Source: Squalus acanthias | Taxonomy: Eukaryota | Reading direction: 5' to 3' | Length of the DNA: 64,000 nt | Assembly: GCA_030390025.1 (NCBI GenBank) | Contig: CM059432.1 | Span: forward strand, 10,354,001 to 10,418,000 | Part shown: in pieces, positions 25,013 through 37,986 of the stretch | Layout: the number at the start of each line of letters is the position of its first letter | How positions within the stretch are numbered: the stretch's first letter is position 1 | Program-made: the position numbers and the translations under genes | Notes under the pieces: generated by a model | Told to the model about the DNA's origin: nothing | What the model saw: the letters and a program-made list of their open reading frames with translations, nothing else | The model's database searches: none

Positions 25013-25788
25013 GGGCTGGATTTTGTCTTGGGGTCGGGTTGGGGTCGTGTCATCCGCATTTCGTGTTTCCCCCCCGACTCCAGATTAATGTGGATGAATG
25101 ATGCAATTTTCACTTAATTGGGCAATTGAGTTCCAGCATGTGGGAACCCATGAACTAATTAGTGTTTTCAGTCTGAAAGTCGCCTCTGATGATGTCATCA
25201 TTGCTGACTGCCTAGTCTCAGAGACTGTTGGTGAGAGAGGACCTGCGTGGCTTGCTTTTGATGTGAGTGGACCTGGATGCAAAAATGGGGGGGGGGGGGG
25301 AGAGAGAGAGAGAGAGAGAGAGAAAGAATTTTTTTGCATCCAAGTCCTCTCACAGCAAAGGCCAGGCAGTCTCTGAACACATTCAATGCAGCAGCATCAG
25401 AGGTGACTTTCAGACCTAATACTACTACTACCTTCATCACATCTCCGTTGTAATAGTGGACCTGCAGCTCATAGTCAGCTATCCACTTGTGCTCCCGCCA
25501 GGTTTCACTGGAGTGTTTCACACCAGGCGTACTTCACGTCAGAAAAGGGTTAAACTAGCTAAAACATTTCAAAATGGCATTACAGAGCCAATTTAGGGCT
25601 TGTTAAGGGCTTTAATGGCCTCTCCCGCCTCTTGGAGGCGGGACGGAGTCGGGAACCCCGCGACTGATTTTGTCAAAATTGTGTGGAGGTGGGATGGAGT
25701 CGGGATGGGGTCGGGACCCCCGACCCCGCAAATTTAACCCCCCACACGCCTCCAAACCCGACTCCATGGGTCATTCAAAATCCAGCCC
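25013..25788. mobile_element. Harbinger-type MITE related to family A at its ends
   Basis: Perfect 12-bp TIR GGGCTGGATTTT / AAAATCCAGCCC; TSD TCT. Confidence 0.85.
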
Positions 25789-25809
25789 TCTGTATTTCTG
25801 GTAAAATTG

Positions 25810-26630
25810 TGTAAGAATGAGCCATTTGCTGTAAATTTTGCTGTCACTTGACCAAACTTAAAAGTTGACCACCTTTAATGTACCAGCATGCTTCAAGAGG
25901 CTGAGAGGTTGGTTCCTGTGGGAACTTTGCACGAAAACTGTTCACAGACAAAGAAGAATGTGGACAGGAACAGAGACTTTCTGCTGGAATGTAGAACAGT
26001 CTGCTACGGTTGTAAGTTGTAAAGGCTGCCAGCTGCCTTTTAACAGATAAGGGAAACAGACCTTGAGAGTTCTGTGGAGAAGAAGCTATTGAACTGTTAA
26101 GGCGTTGCAAAAACAGGAATATCCTCGGACTTTGGAATGTAACCGGCCTTGCGGCCCACTGACTGACTGACGGACCACTGATAAGAAGGAGAGAAAAACA
26201 ACTACTGACTATTCTTTGTATAAGTTCGGGACACGTATACGGTGGGCAGGTTGCCAGGTTTTAAGGTATAAAAGATGCTGTAAGAAGACGCTCGGGGCTG
26301 CAGCCGGGCAAACTGGTCAGTTGCCAGTTAAAGTCGTACGTCTAGTTATCGCCGAACTGCTGGTGTTGGTACGTATGTAGTGTTGGCTTATTATCGCTTG
26401 ATCCTAAAGTAAGGGCATAAACCTGTGTAGTCTAAAGTATAATTGGGAGTATTATATACAACAGTTTTGTGTGAGCTTACTTGTAACCTCTTGCTGATTT
26501 TAAAGTAAAGGAATTTATTCCTGAATCCTTGGGCTTTGTGTTGTCTGTTTGACGGGTCTGGACTTTGGAAACTGTTGAACGGGTTAAAGGACAAGGGTGA
26601 ATTTGAACATCTTCCGATTGTCATTATAAC
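25810..26630 (+). mobile_element. Possible solo LTR
   Basis: Starts TGTAAG, has GGTATAAAAG near 26265 and AGTAAA near 26504. No clear CA end or TSD found. Confidence 0.35.
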
Positions 26631-27280
26631 TGCAGCAATATTATGCCCTGCAGTGTTGTGATTGTTTTGCACAACTAAATGGCTTGCTCGGCCACTTCCG
26701 AGGCATTAAGGGGGGAGTTTTAACCCCCCCCAAGGGTGGGTGAGGGATTAAAAATAAAATACCTGGCCCGGATTTTGTGGTAGGAATAAAGGTGAGGCTA
26801 TCAGCGCTCACCGTTAATAAAGAGTAAATCGGACAGCAACTTCCAGCTTCCACACATGCACAGTTAAAATCAGGAAGTTGCTGTGTGAGTTGCCCTACAC
26901 CTCCTGAAGCTGGGCTATACCGACCGGTGTAATTGCCGAGAAATTCGCCATTCAAACACATCCAACAGCATGAGATTGCAATGCTTACCCACTAAACATG
27001 CCAGAAAAAGTTAGGGCTTGTCCATTCAAACATAAGTAAATTTTTAACAGCATGATAAGTCTTAATTATGGCCAAACAACCTCTCTGGCACTGAAAATTA
27101 ACTTCTACAAGTGTGGAGTTTCATTCTTTCAGATTTGAATTATTGTTGGAGATTTTAAAAACATAAAAAATTTCAATACTTATTTTTTGTAAGTTTTCTT
27201 TCTGTCTCTTTTCTCTCTCTCTTTTAATCCCATCTTTCTCTCCCTCTCTTTATTTTGCTTTCTCTACCTGATTTGACATT

Positions 27281-28751
27281 GGGCCGTATTTTCGAATAAA
27301 AATCTATGCACTTACCTGAGGGCTCCCGAGGTGTGTACAGTTCCGATGCTGGGCCTCTCCAACTCCAAGTGCGCAGGGCCCACATATCCCAGGGGCGCAT
27401 GCAGTTCGCAAGCGTCCCTGGGATCACGTGGGCCATGGGGAGCCAATCAAAGAAGGGAATCTCCCTTCATACACTTGACAGATAGACCTGTCAAATATAT
27501 GAATGGAAATCAATGAAAAAACATAGTGGCCCAGAAATTCGTCTCTCCGGCTTGCTGCGGGGGTAAGGATCGTGCGCGCTCTTACCTACCGCGCCTGCCG
27601 TTGTGTTTTGGGCCCACGGGAACTTCGGGTCCTGGGCCTCTCCCAACTGCCGGCGCGCAGTGCTTGCGTGTTCCAGGGGCGCAGTTAGTGTGATGCGACC
27701 CCTGGGATCACGTGGGCCATGGAGAGCCAATGGCAGCAGACCATCTTTCATTCATAAATTTGACAGGAGACCTGTCAAATCTGTGAATTGAAATCGGCCC
27801 CAAAAGGACAGCTAAACATAAAATATTTTTTTTTTAAAAACCATCACATTTATAAAATAACTATAGTTAAATAAATTAACCACTTTAAAGAAAAATTAAA
27901 ATTTTTGAAAAAATTAAAATACTTTTTAAAAGTGATAAAAATAAACTTACCTTTCTTTAAAGTATCTAAAAAAGATAAAACTGTTGAAAAAAAATTTAAA
28001 TTATACTTAATTAACTACTTACCTTGTTGAAAACGGGTCTTGCGCCTCCTTTTCATTAGCGTAGTTTCTTCAATACTTACCCTCGCGTAGAAACCTGAAA
28101 AAAAATCTAAGTGTGCTGCGTGCGCGCAGCCTCTACCGCGCACGCGGTTCACCTAGGAACCGCCCCCTTCACCAGACCGGAAGTTCCGGTTTCCCGCGCA
28201 TGCGCAGTGCATGCAGGAAACCGACACTTTGGGACGTCTTACGGGTGAGTACACAGTGTGTACTCACGCGGGAAGGGCCGAATTTTTGGCCCAGTAAAAC
28301 TTTAAATAATTTTTTTTAAAAACCATCACCTTTTTAAAATTAGTTGAAATTACAATAAACCAAATATTTTAAACAAAAATTTAATTTTTGGAAAAAAATT
28401 AAAGTTTTTTACCGGGCTAAAAATAAACGTAACTTTTTTAAAGTATTTTTTAATGAAAAATGACTGAAAATTTTTTTTTACTTTTTTCAACTTTTATCCT
28501 GGTAAAAGCAGGCCTTACACCTGCTTTTACCAGGCGTAAGATTCTAGAAGGTTTTCTGCGGGCGGAGGTTCTGCAGAAAGCGGAACTATCCGCCCGCAGA
28601 GGCCCTTCTCCAGGGCAGGCGTCTGATCTGTCAAGAGCATTCTTGACAGATCGGAAATGCCAGTTTTCAGTGCATACACTGTGCATGCCTGAAACCGGCA
28701 TTTCCGATGTCCCTACGGGTGGGTACGCGCTGTGTACGGAATATACAACCC
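27281..28751. mobile_element. Middle MITE (family C)
   Basis: TIRs GGGCCGTATTTTC / GAATATACAACCC; TSD ATT. Confidence 0.75.
27528..28292. mobile_element. Inner MITE (family E)
   Basis: TIRs GGCCCAGAAATTC / GAATTTTTGGCCC; TSD AGT; the empty site AACATAGTAAAAC is seen at 15921. Confidence 0.85.
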
Positions 28752-29741
28752 ATTGAATTAAATATTCTAATTGACACTTCCTCTGGTTCAGACCCTGTGC
28801 TGCTCATTAACGATTCTTCAATCTGATTGGTTAAGGAGATACACAGTTGCTTACCCCGTTCGCACAGGTCCCAGATGCCCTGCAGAGGGCGCCACGCCGA
28901 AATGGCTCTCTAATTTTACCGCAAGTTCCAGTGCAAAAGTTTGTGGGCAAGTGTAAGGGTAATGAATGACTAGCACCGTTCGTTCGCCGCTGACCGCAAA
29001 ATCCGGGCTGACGTCTAATATTACCAATACATTGAGTAAATGTCGTGAAAAGATTCAGGTAGCACCACAGGAATAGGGCTGTGCGCTTATAAGGGCAATT
29101 TCTTATATGAAAAAAAATGTGACTGGATGATAATTCAATGAGTAAGCTGGTTCTTGGAAACAAAACAGTCGGCACATCATCATTGATCCGCTTTAGCAAA
29201 TGTGCAGGCCTCTGCCGTACCCTTGGGCATTTATATGTGTTTTTGGATGACTGTGCACCTCAACCCTGCATGTTTCTTCTCAGTGCATTTAAATACTATT
29301 CATCTCGTACTGTTAATTTCGCATTAGACCATGAGAAAGAAAATCAATACAGGTGAATGTCATTCGCAAGGGCAAACAACAATAGACTCATTACATCTTG
29401 GGCTCGTTATAGCTTATGTGTGACACTGACTGCAAAAACATTTGGCGTTCAACAAGGTGTACTCTCGAGGGAATATAATAGTTCTTCACATCTTCTGTGT
29501 TCTTTCATCAACACGCACATCTCTGCTTCAGATATCAGACCGCAGGGGTTTCTGTTGCTCTCAGTGCTCGTCCACCGTAGCATAAATCCACCAGATGTTG
29601 CCAACCGCTGCATTAAATGGGCAGATCTCAGGTGATATTTAAAAATCTGTGCTGAAGCGTTATTAAAATAATTCATCAGCGAAGCACTTCAAAGAGGGGG
29701 TTACTGAAGGCAACGCTTTCACATTGTAATTCTGCCCAGGA

Positions 29742-30330
29742 AAAAAGAAAGACTTGCATTCATATAGCGCCTTTCACAACCAACGGACGTCTCAAAGCGC
29801 TTTACAGCCAATGAAGTACTTTTGGAGTGTGGTCACTGTTGTAATGTGGGAAACGCGGCAGCCAATTTGCGCACAGCAAGCCCCCACAAACAGCAATGTG
29901 ATAGTGACCAGATAATCTGTTTTTGTTATGTTGATTGAGGGATAAATATTGGCCAGGACACCAGGGAGAACTCCCCTGCTCTTCTTCGAAATAGTGGCCA
30001 TGGGATCTTTTACGTTCACCTGAGAGGGCAGACGGGGCCTCGGTTTAACGTCTCATCCGAAAGACGGATGTAACATCGAATGTGCTTCACTGTACTTGGC
30101 AGTGTACTTGGGAAGAAAGAAGGAAAGAAGGAAAAAAAGAGAGAAGGAGACAAAAGAGAGTAAAAGAGAAAAAGAGAAAAAGAAAGAGAGAAAGGAAAGA
30201 AGAAAGAAAAGGAAGGAAGGATGGTAGGAATTGCATTTATATAGCACCTTTCACGACCTCAGGACATCCCAAAGAGCTTTACAGCCAATGAAGTACTTTT
30301 GAAGTGTAGTCACTGTTGCAATGAAGGAAG
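29742..30330 (-). mobile_element. Two partial Deu-SINEs separated by a purine-rich tract (about 30110-30225)
   Basis: Reverse-complement SINE core and tail; GAAA/GGAA low-complexity sequence. Confidence 0.8.
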
Positions 30331-30574
30331 GAAGACATTGGAATCCAATATTACAGTCACACAAATCAATATGGCCACACTATAAGACAAGCAAAAGTGA
30401 AAGTCCAGCTTGTCAGAGACCACTAATCTGAAATGAAGAAAAAGAAAACATTTCTACAATACTCTGGAAACCATTATCACTGATCCCAGTGTGAGTACCA
30501 CAAGAAAAACAACATACTGGTAAAATAGGACAACTAACACTCAACAACAAAGGTTGACGCCAACATTTTGTACC

Positions 30575-32370
30575 ATCCCTATCGCTCTAATCTCCTCCAG
30601 CCCTACAACCCTCTGCGATCTCTGCACTCCTCCAATTCTGGCCTCTTGCACATCCCTGATTTTAATCGCTCCACCATTGGCGGCCATGCCTTCAGCTGCC
30701 AAGGCCCAAAGCTCTGGAATTCCCTCCCTAAACCTCTCCACCTCTCTACCTCTCTCTCCTCCTTTAAGACACTCCTTAAAACCTACCTCTGTCTGCCCTA
30801 ATATCTCCTTACGTGGCTCGGTTGAAGGGATAATTACAAGTCCTAGCCCTTTCGGACGACCCCAGATCAGGCGTATTCCCCAAACGTTCACCTTCAACTA
30901 AAGTTAGTGGTAGCCGAATCCTAGAGATGCTTAATTGGGTCTAAAGGTCAGACTACCTCTCCCTAAAGGAAAGAAACGGCCTGAAGATGTTACCGTCCTC
31001 TGGATAGCACATTTAACAAGTTGAACTAGACTGTAACCTTCCGGATATTATGAGGGTCCGGAAAACCCCCCAGAATTCTGCAACTCCTTTCTAAAGAGTA
31101 TACAGAAATTTAGTTTGCGAGGTTGATACAGAAATACTCTTTGAGACAATTTAAAAAATATATAGATTTATTAAAGAACTGACATTTAGTTAACAGCTGG
31201 TATGGCAATCGCAACTTTAACTGTTCAAAATACAAATAGCTTACATTTCTTATCAGAGATCCTTATTCTCAAATCTTAACTTCATTACATTTCCACACTT
31301 CTACTTATTTCTTAATCCAGAATATCCACCAAAATCAAATACCTTGATTACCCGAGACTCAGAGTTGTAGGCCTACAGAGTGGTTCTGAAGGCGAGAATC
31401 ACTCTGCCCCTCCAGCGACTTCTGACTCTCTATCTGAAAAGCTCTATTTTTATACCTTTTTTTAGTGGTATTTTCTTTGAAGGTTCCTGCTGATGTAAGC
31501 TAATTATCTCTAGTGATTCTTTATTGAATTCTTTTCTATTCTTACTGTCATTTCGGCTGCCAACTTTTAGAATTCTGTCTCTACCTTTAGGTGTTTCAAA
31601 AACTATCATAAAATGGTTATTACAGATTTATCTTTTTGATGCCATTCTTAGGAAGTCTTTCTATTGAATTCTTAATATCACTTAACTGCTTGTAAGCCAG
31701 ACGTCGTGACTCCATGGTGTTCCAAGTTCAATACAAGCACAATGTAATTGCTTGGTGTCATCTATTGATATTATATCTTCAAAGTTTTCTGTAGGTTTCT
31801 GTTACTTGTAAATCAAAAACACTTCAACCAGGGTGTTTTTTGCATTTCTTAGCTATTTCAATTGGTTGCCTATTTAATCATGTTTCCTGTTTCTAAGTTT
31901 AACATAAAACTATTTTACGGCAGCTATTTCTTTTACTTGATGTCATTTTTTCAAAGGCACTTGGTTCTTTTAATGTTCTGTGCACCTGTTCGACATGTTA
32001 GATTTTGACACTTTACTTGGGTCATTCCATTGTGTTTCTCCCAAACTCCAGACCTTCTGGAAGTGCCAATGGTTTGCTTCAATAGGGGCATTGTTTTTGT
32101 GTTTACAACCATCTCCCATTTCAAAGCTTGTGGTGTTTTACAGCTTTTGTTAACACTTCACCTTATCTCAGAAGCCTGTACTGTGTTTGCAGCCTGTGTC
32201 GCCGAGGCTTTCCAGACTTTTAAACCCAGTATGTCATGTATTAATAATATCAAAATCTGTTTATAGGATGGTGTATTTCTTGGAATATGGCTTATTCCAT
32301 TACACGGTGTCATGTTTTGTTTGATAACCACGCCTTGGGACGTTTTACTACGTTAAAGGCGCTATATAAA
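30575..32370 (+). mobile_element. L2 LINE 3' end, split by a solo LTR
   Basis: NLLQPYNPLRSLHSS...GGHAFS..GPKLWNSLP..SFKTLLKT; tail resumes at 32305. Confidence 0.85.
30823..32304 (-). mobile_element. Solo LTR, 1482 bp
   Basis: TG...CA ends; 4-bp TSD CGGT; minus-strand TATAAAA (about 31447-31454) and AATAAA (31167-31172). Confidence 0.8.
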
Positions 32371-32929
32371 TGCTGGCCTTGCCAGCGACACCCACATCCC
32401 ATCAACGAATAAAAAAATATATAAAAACAAGTTGTTGTCGTGTTAAAAGTTCCCATTCAGAGAGTCCATTAGGATGGCTGACACGAGATACGGGAAAAAT
32501 CATATGCATTCATGGAATGCATTGGACATCTTCTGAGGTCCCAGTTCAATAAGTGTTGTTTCTGGTACAAAGCAGATGGCGCTCGATGATGCATCTTATT
32601 GTTCTGTACCTGACTACGATGCTCACAAATATAATTGGTGCTCCATTCCTCCATTCTGGCATCCTTAACTTAAAGGAGCGGAAAATGCTTAACAAAAAAG
32701 GCTAAAGAATAGATAAATATTCGTAGAAAGGCTGGGATTATACAGCTAGCGATGAATCAACAGTGACTTGAAAGTGAATATTTTCACTGCAGTTTTCACA
32801 GACCTGCAAGTACATAATAAACGCTCCCACATATAACCGAAAGCTCTTGTTTGCAATAAAATCAAGACAGACCAAACACTACAGACAACTTGGTGTGTAT
32901 GGTCTCTAGAATGCCTGATGGTATTTCTT

Positions 32930-33340
32930 TAGAGTTTGTTTTCTTTGGAACAGAGGAGGCTGAGGGGAGACCTTGTTGAGGTGTATGAAATTATGAGGGG
33001 CCTAGATAGAGTGAATTGGAAGGACCTATTTCCCTTAGCAGAGAGGTCAATAATCAGAGGGCAGAGATTTAAAGTAATTGGTAGAAGGATTAGAGGGGAG
33101 TTGAAGAGAACTTTTGAGGGTGGTGGGGGTCTGGAACTCACTGCCTGAAAGGGTGGTAGAGGCAGAAACCCTCACCACATTTAAAAAATACTTGGATGTG
33201 CACTTGATGTACAGGGCTACTGACCAAGAGCTGGAAAGTGGGATTAGGCTGGATAGCTCTTTGTCGGCCGGTGCGGACACAATGGGCCGAAATGGCTTCC
33301 TTCCGTGCTGTAAATTTCTATGATTCTATGATTCTATGAT
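32930..33340 (+). mobile_element. CR1 LINE 3' end
   Basis: FSLEQRRLRGDLVEVY motif; TTCTATGA tail repeats. Confidence 0.9.
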
Positions 33341-33949
33341 TTAGTCCTGAGCTGTGAGCTGAATATTTGTACCGGGCTCATGGTACATGCATAGGGGAGA
33401 GCAACATGCATTTGCTTTTGTCCATTTATTCACCCTGCAACTTACATTGAACCACCGTGTACCAGGCTGACTTCACCAGCAACAGCTTTCAGCCATCATT
33501 ATGCTCTTGACGTTTGATAAGTTAGAATCATGGAATAGTACAGCACAGAAGGAGGCCATTCAGCCCATCAAGTCTTCGCCGGCTCTTTCGAAAAGCAATC
33601 CAGTTAGTCCCACTCTCCCCGGCTCTTTCCCCATCTCTCTGCAATGTTTTCTCCTTCAAGTATTTATCCAAGTCCCTTTTGAATCATAGAATCATAAAAT
33701 CATAGAATGGTTAAAGTGTTGAGGCTGCCGCGAAACACGAAAGGAGGCTGAATCCATATGTGGAAAACAAGAAACTTTTATTCACTGCATGGCACACAAA
33801 AATGTCTGAGAAAGCTGCTCCCAGAATTCTCTGGAAAAAACTCCCAGAATTCTCTGGGTAAAACCTGAGGCCCCGCCCCCTTCTGCCTTAAAGGTAATGT
33901 GCCTTAAAGGGGAAGGTGCTGGAAATTTGTCCACAGACGGAAGAGTGGA

Positions 33950-36490
33950 TTATGCCCGTTTTAGGTGGCGATCCGCCACACAGCTCCCCCCAGAATCCGC
34001 TTGGAAGGTGTGGACGAGACGGTGCAGCGGTCTGATAGGCCGGCCGGAGCGGCTCTTGTAGGACGCCGGTGGACGTGGAACGGCCGGGCGTGGAGCAGCC
34101 GGGTGAACCGGCTTGAGGGCAGGTCGGCCGCGTGGAGGTGGACGAGCTACAGGGACCTGCTCCCCGGGCTCCGAGTGTGCTGGCTTGAGTCGGTCCACCG
34201 ACACTTTTTCGGTCCTGTCGCCCACTTGCAGGGTGAAAAATTTGTCCCCAGCCTGTAGCACCTTGTAGGGCCCGTCGTACGGGGGTTGAAGGGGTCCGCG
34301 GTGGGCATCGTGCTGGACGAAAACAAACCGTGCCTGGTGCAGGCTTAGTGGGACGTGTGAGGTGGATTCGCCGTGTCGGGCAATGGGCACCGGGGCGAAC
34401 TGCAGCGCCGGTGAGGCGAAGTCGTGGCGTTGCTGGTCGGCTGACCAGGGTGTCGTGGCGGTGGGCAGGAACTCGCCGGGTACGCGCAGCGGCTGACCGT
34501 ACACGAGCTCTGCTGCCGATGCGTGGAGGTCTTCTTTAACCATGGTGCGCAGGCCGAGGAGGACCCACGGAAGTCGGTCGGTCCAGGCGCCGTCTTGGAG
34601 GCTGGCTCGAAGAGATGCCTTCAAGGATCTGTGGAACCGCTCACACAGTCCGTTGGCTTGGGGGTGGTATGCTGTGGTGCGGTGAATGGTCACCCCGAGA
34701 TTGCGTGCGATGGCGGTCCAGAGTTCAGAGGTAAATTGCGGACCTCTGTCCGACGTCATGTCGGAGGGGACGCCGAACCGTGCGACCCAGGTGCTGACGA
34801 AGGCTCTGGCGATGTCGGCGGTGGTGGTAGAGGTCAGTGGAATTGCCTCAGGCCAGCGTGTGGTGCGGTCAACGATGGTCAGCAAGTGCGTGTGGCCTTG
34901 CGACGGCGGCAGGGGCCCGACGATGTCCACATGGATGTGGTCGAATCTCCGCGAGGGGACGGTAAACTCCTCGAGGGGTGCTTTCGTGTGTTGCTGTACC
35001 TTGGCCCGTTGGCAGGCTAGGCAGGAGTTGGCCCAAGTACGCACATCCTTGCGAAGGCCGCGCCAGACAAAGCGGTTGGCTACCAATTTGATGGATGCGC
35101 GGGCGCCGGGGTGGGAGAGGTTGTGGAGAATGTCGAATACCCGGCGGCGCCAGGACGCTGGGACAACGGGCCGAGGTTGACATAGGGATATGTCACACTT
35201 GACCATGACTGCGGTCGGGCCACAGGCGACGTCGGCCAGGCGTAGCCCTGGTAGGTTGGTGGGTGCGGAGAGCAGATCAGGGTCGGTGATCTGGTCTGCT
35301 GCGAGTTGAGCGTAGTCGACTGCTAGGTGTGCGGCGTGGATGGCGGGGTGGGAGAGGCAGTCGGCTACCACATTGTCTCGGCCGGAGACGTGTTGGATGT
35401 CCGTGGTGAACTCGGACACTGCCGCGAGTTGGCGCTGCTGCCTGGCGGACCAGGGGTCGGTTGTCTTTGCCATTGCGAATGTCAGGGGCTTGTGGTCGAC
35501 AAACGCAGTGAAGGGGTGGCCCTCAAGCAAAAAACGGAAATGGCGGACCGCCAGGAACAGCGCGAGGAGCTCGCGGTCGAAGGTGCTGTACTTGACCTCC
35601 GGGGGGCGTAGTTGGCGGCTGAAGAAGGCAAGTGGTTGCCAGGCGCCGTCGACCCACTGCTCATACACGGCGCCGACCGCGTGGTCGGAGGCGTCCGTGG
35701 TGAGCGCTACCCTGGCATTGGGCCGTGGGTGCGCGAGCAGGGTGGCATTGGCGAGCGCGGTCTTGGTGGAATCGAAGGCGGCGGACGTGTCTGCCGTCCA
35801 TTCGACCGCCATCTTGCCGCTCCTGCCCCGGATGGCTTCATACAGGGGCCTCATGAGGGACGCCGCTTTGGGGATGAAGCGGTTATAGAAATTCACCATC
35901 CCGAGGAACTCCTGGAGGCCTTTGATGGTGGTGGGGCGGGGAAATTGTTGGATGGCCTGCACCTTGGTGGGCAGGGGAATGGCCCCAGCATGGGTGATGT
36001 GGTGGCCGAGGAAGTCGATCTTGTCCAGGCCGAACTGGCATTTGGCTGGGCTGAGGATGAGCCCGTGGTCGCTGAGGCGCCCGAACAGGATGCGAAGGTG
36101 TTCGAGGTGTTCCTGCTTGGAGGAACTGGCTACCAGGATGTCGTCCAGGTAGACGAACAGGAACTTCAGGTCCCGAAGGACCGAGTCCATGAGCCGTTGG
36201 AATGCCTGGGCCGCGTTTTTGAGGCCGAAGGGCATCCGCAGGAACTCGAACAGGCCGAAGGGGGTGATTACGGCCGTCTTGGGGACGTCCGCGGGGTGGA
36301 CGGGGACTTGGTGGTAGCCGCGCACCAGGTCGACCTTGGAAAAGACTGAGCGGCCGGCCAGTCTAGCCGAGAATTCGTGAATGTGCGGCACGGGGTACCA
36401 ATCAGGGGTGGTGGCGTCATTGAGGCAGCGGTAATCCCCACAGGGGCGCCAACCTCCGCCTGGTTTGGGGGCGATGTGGAGTGGGGATGA
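33950..36490 (-). pseudogene. pol: Gypsy pol: RT - RNase H - integrase
   Basis: [26 protein letters not shown] zinc finger, DIVGP..SDRG..ERFH and GPY motifs. Out of frame with the upstream protease because of a deletion. Confidence 0.93.
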
Positions 36491-37682
36491 AGTGTTCCAC
36501 CCCGTGTTTGGCGGCCTCCGCGGAGAAGGTCGGATTGGTAAGGGCCGGGAATTCGGCCAGGAGTGCCGAGTAGTCATCCGTGGCCCGGGCGTGGCACTGT
36601 GACGCCATGTCGGCGGGTTGACGAGGGACCATGGCGCCCAGGATGGGGGACATGGTGTTCATGTCCACGAGGCGGTGACGAGGGATGTCTACCAGTAAGC
36701 CATGGGCACACAGGAAATCTGCGCCGATGAGGGGGGAGAGCACCTTGGCAGTGATGAACTCCCATCGGTAGCGGTGACCAGCGAGGTCGAGGGTGACTGT
36801 CCGGGTGCCATACGTCCGGATTTCCGAGCCGTTAGCAGCAGCCAGCGCCGGTCCTCGTTCGCCCATTTGGATGTCGAGGGAGGAGGCCGGGATGATGCTG
36901 TGCTGAGCCCCAGTGTCGCACAGGAACCGGCGGCCGGTTTTGTCATCCGTGACAAACAGCAGGGAGCCCGCGTGGCCCATGGCCATCGTGGGGGCTGGAA
37001 CGGGGGCGGACTTGAAAGAGCAGGGAGGTGTGCACCGTTGTGCCCTGGCGCCGAACCGTGCGTGGTAGTAACAGTGGCCCGGGTTAGTGGGGCGTGAAGG
37101 CCCCGTGGGCCTGGTGACAGGCCCTTGTGGCCATGTGCTGGATGGTGAGGGGCGCGCCCAGGCATTGGCTGCCAGGTCCGGAGTGACGTCGCGGCTGGAG
37201 TGAGCGGACAGCAGCTTGTTGGCCTCATCGGCCAGAGCTTCCAGGTTCGTGAGGCCGGACGCCACGATCGCTGGGCGGATGCTGAGAGGGAGCTGGCGGA
37301 TGAACAGCGTGCGGAAGAGGGATCCGGGTGGGCTCTCGTGGGTGAGGGAGAGCATGTGGGAGAGGAGGTCTGACGGTGAGGCATCACCGAGGCCTGGAAG
37401 GTCGAGGAGGTGGCAGTTTCGCTGATATGCCGAGGCCGTAAATTTTTTAAGGAGCGCCGTTCTGAGATGTGCGTACTTGCCTTCCTCTGGTGGGTTCTGC
37501 AGCGTTGTCCAAACCTTGGAAACTGCGGCGCTACTGAGTGATGTGACGAGATAGTCGTACTTCGTCCCATCTGTGGTGCTATTTCACAGCCGGAAGCGAG
37601 ATTCAGCTTGGAGAAACCAGGCTTCGGGCTGGTTTTCCCAAAACTCCGGCAGTTTCACGGAAACTGCGTTCGTATCCGCCAT
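36485..37682 (-). pseudogene. gag: Gypsy gag-protease (premature stop and frameshift)
   Basis: MADTNAVSVKLPEFWENQPEAWFLQAESRF then TGA; CYYHARFG..AQRC.PPC zinc knuckle; FLCDTGA protease motif. Confidence 0.85.
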
Positions 37683-37707
37683 TGCAGTGCTCGGAATACG
37701 TTCTGAG

Positions 37708-37721
37708 CGTCGGGGTCACCA
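37708..37721 (-). promoter_or_regulatory. Primer binding site complementary to the tRNA-Trp 3' end
   Basis: TGGTGACCCCGACG, 1 nt after the 5' LTR. Confidence 0.85.
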
Positions 37722-37986
37722 ATGTTGAGGCTGCCACGAAACACGAATGGAGGCTGAATCCATATGTGGAAAACAAGAAACTTTTATTCACTGCATGGCA
37801 CACAAAAATGGCTGAAAAAGCTGCTCCCAGAATTCTCTGGAAAAAACTCCCAGAATTCTCTGGGTAAAACCTGAGGCCCCGCCCCCTTCTGCCTTAAAGG
37901 TAATGTGCCTTAAAGGGGAAGGTGCTGGAAATTTGTCCACAGACGGAAGAGTGGATTATGCCCGTTTTAGGTGGCGATCCACCACA

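Larger units (their letters stand above)
26765..29009. mobile_element. Outer MITE of a triple nest
   Basis: TIRs GGCCCGGATTTTG / CAAAATCCGGGCT. Confidence 0.65.
33717..37986 (-). mobile_element. Ty3/Gypsy LTR retrotransposon (Mag-like), near full length, disabled
   Basis: Two 264-bp TG..CA LTRs (33717-33980 and 37723-37986) with 5 differences by eye. PBS at 37708-37721; PPT-like GGGGGGAG next to the 3' LTR. Flanks AAAG / ACAG. Confidence 0.95.

Noticed and set aside
29100..29720. Possible host exons in unique sequence (similar cases near 11.7 kb and 59.5 kb)
   Set aside because: Isolated AG/GT pairs with no recognisable protein and no consistent multi-exon frame.
33965..37425. Many plus-strand ORFs, and the idea of bacterial contamination
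   Set aside because: They are antisense shadows of GC-rich gag-pol; LTRs, PBS and CR1 flanks show a genuine retrotransposon insertion.
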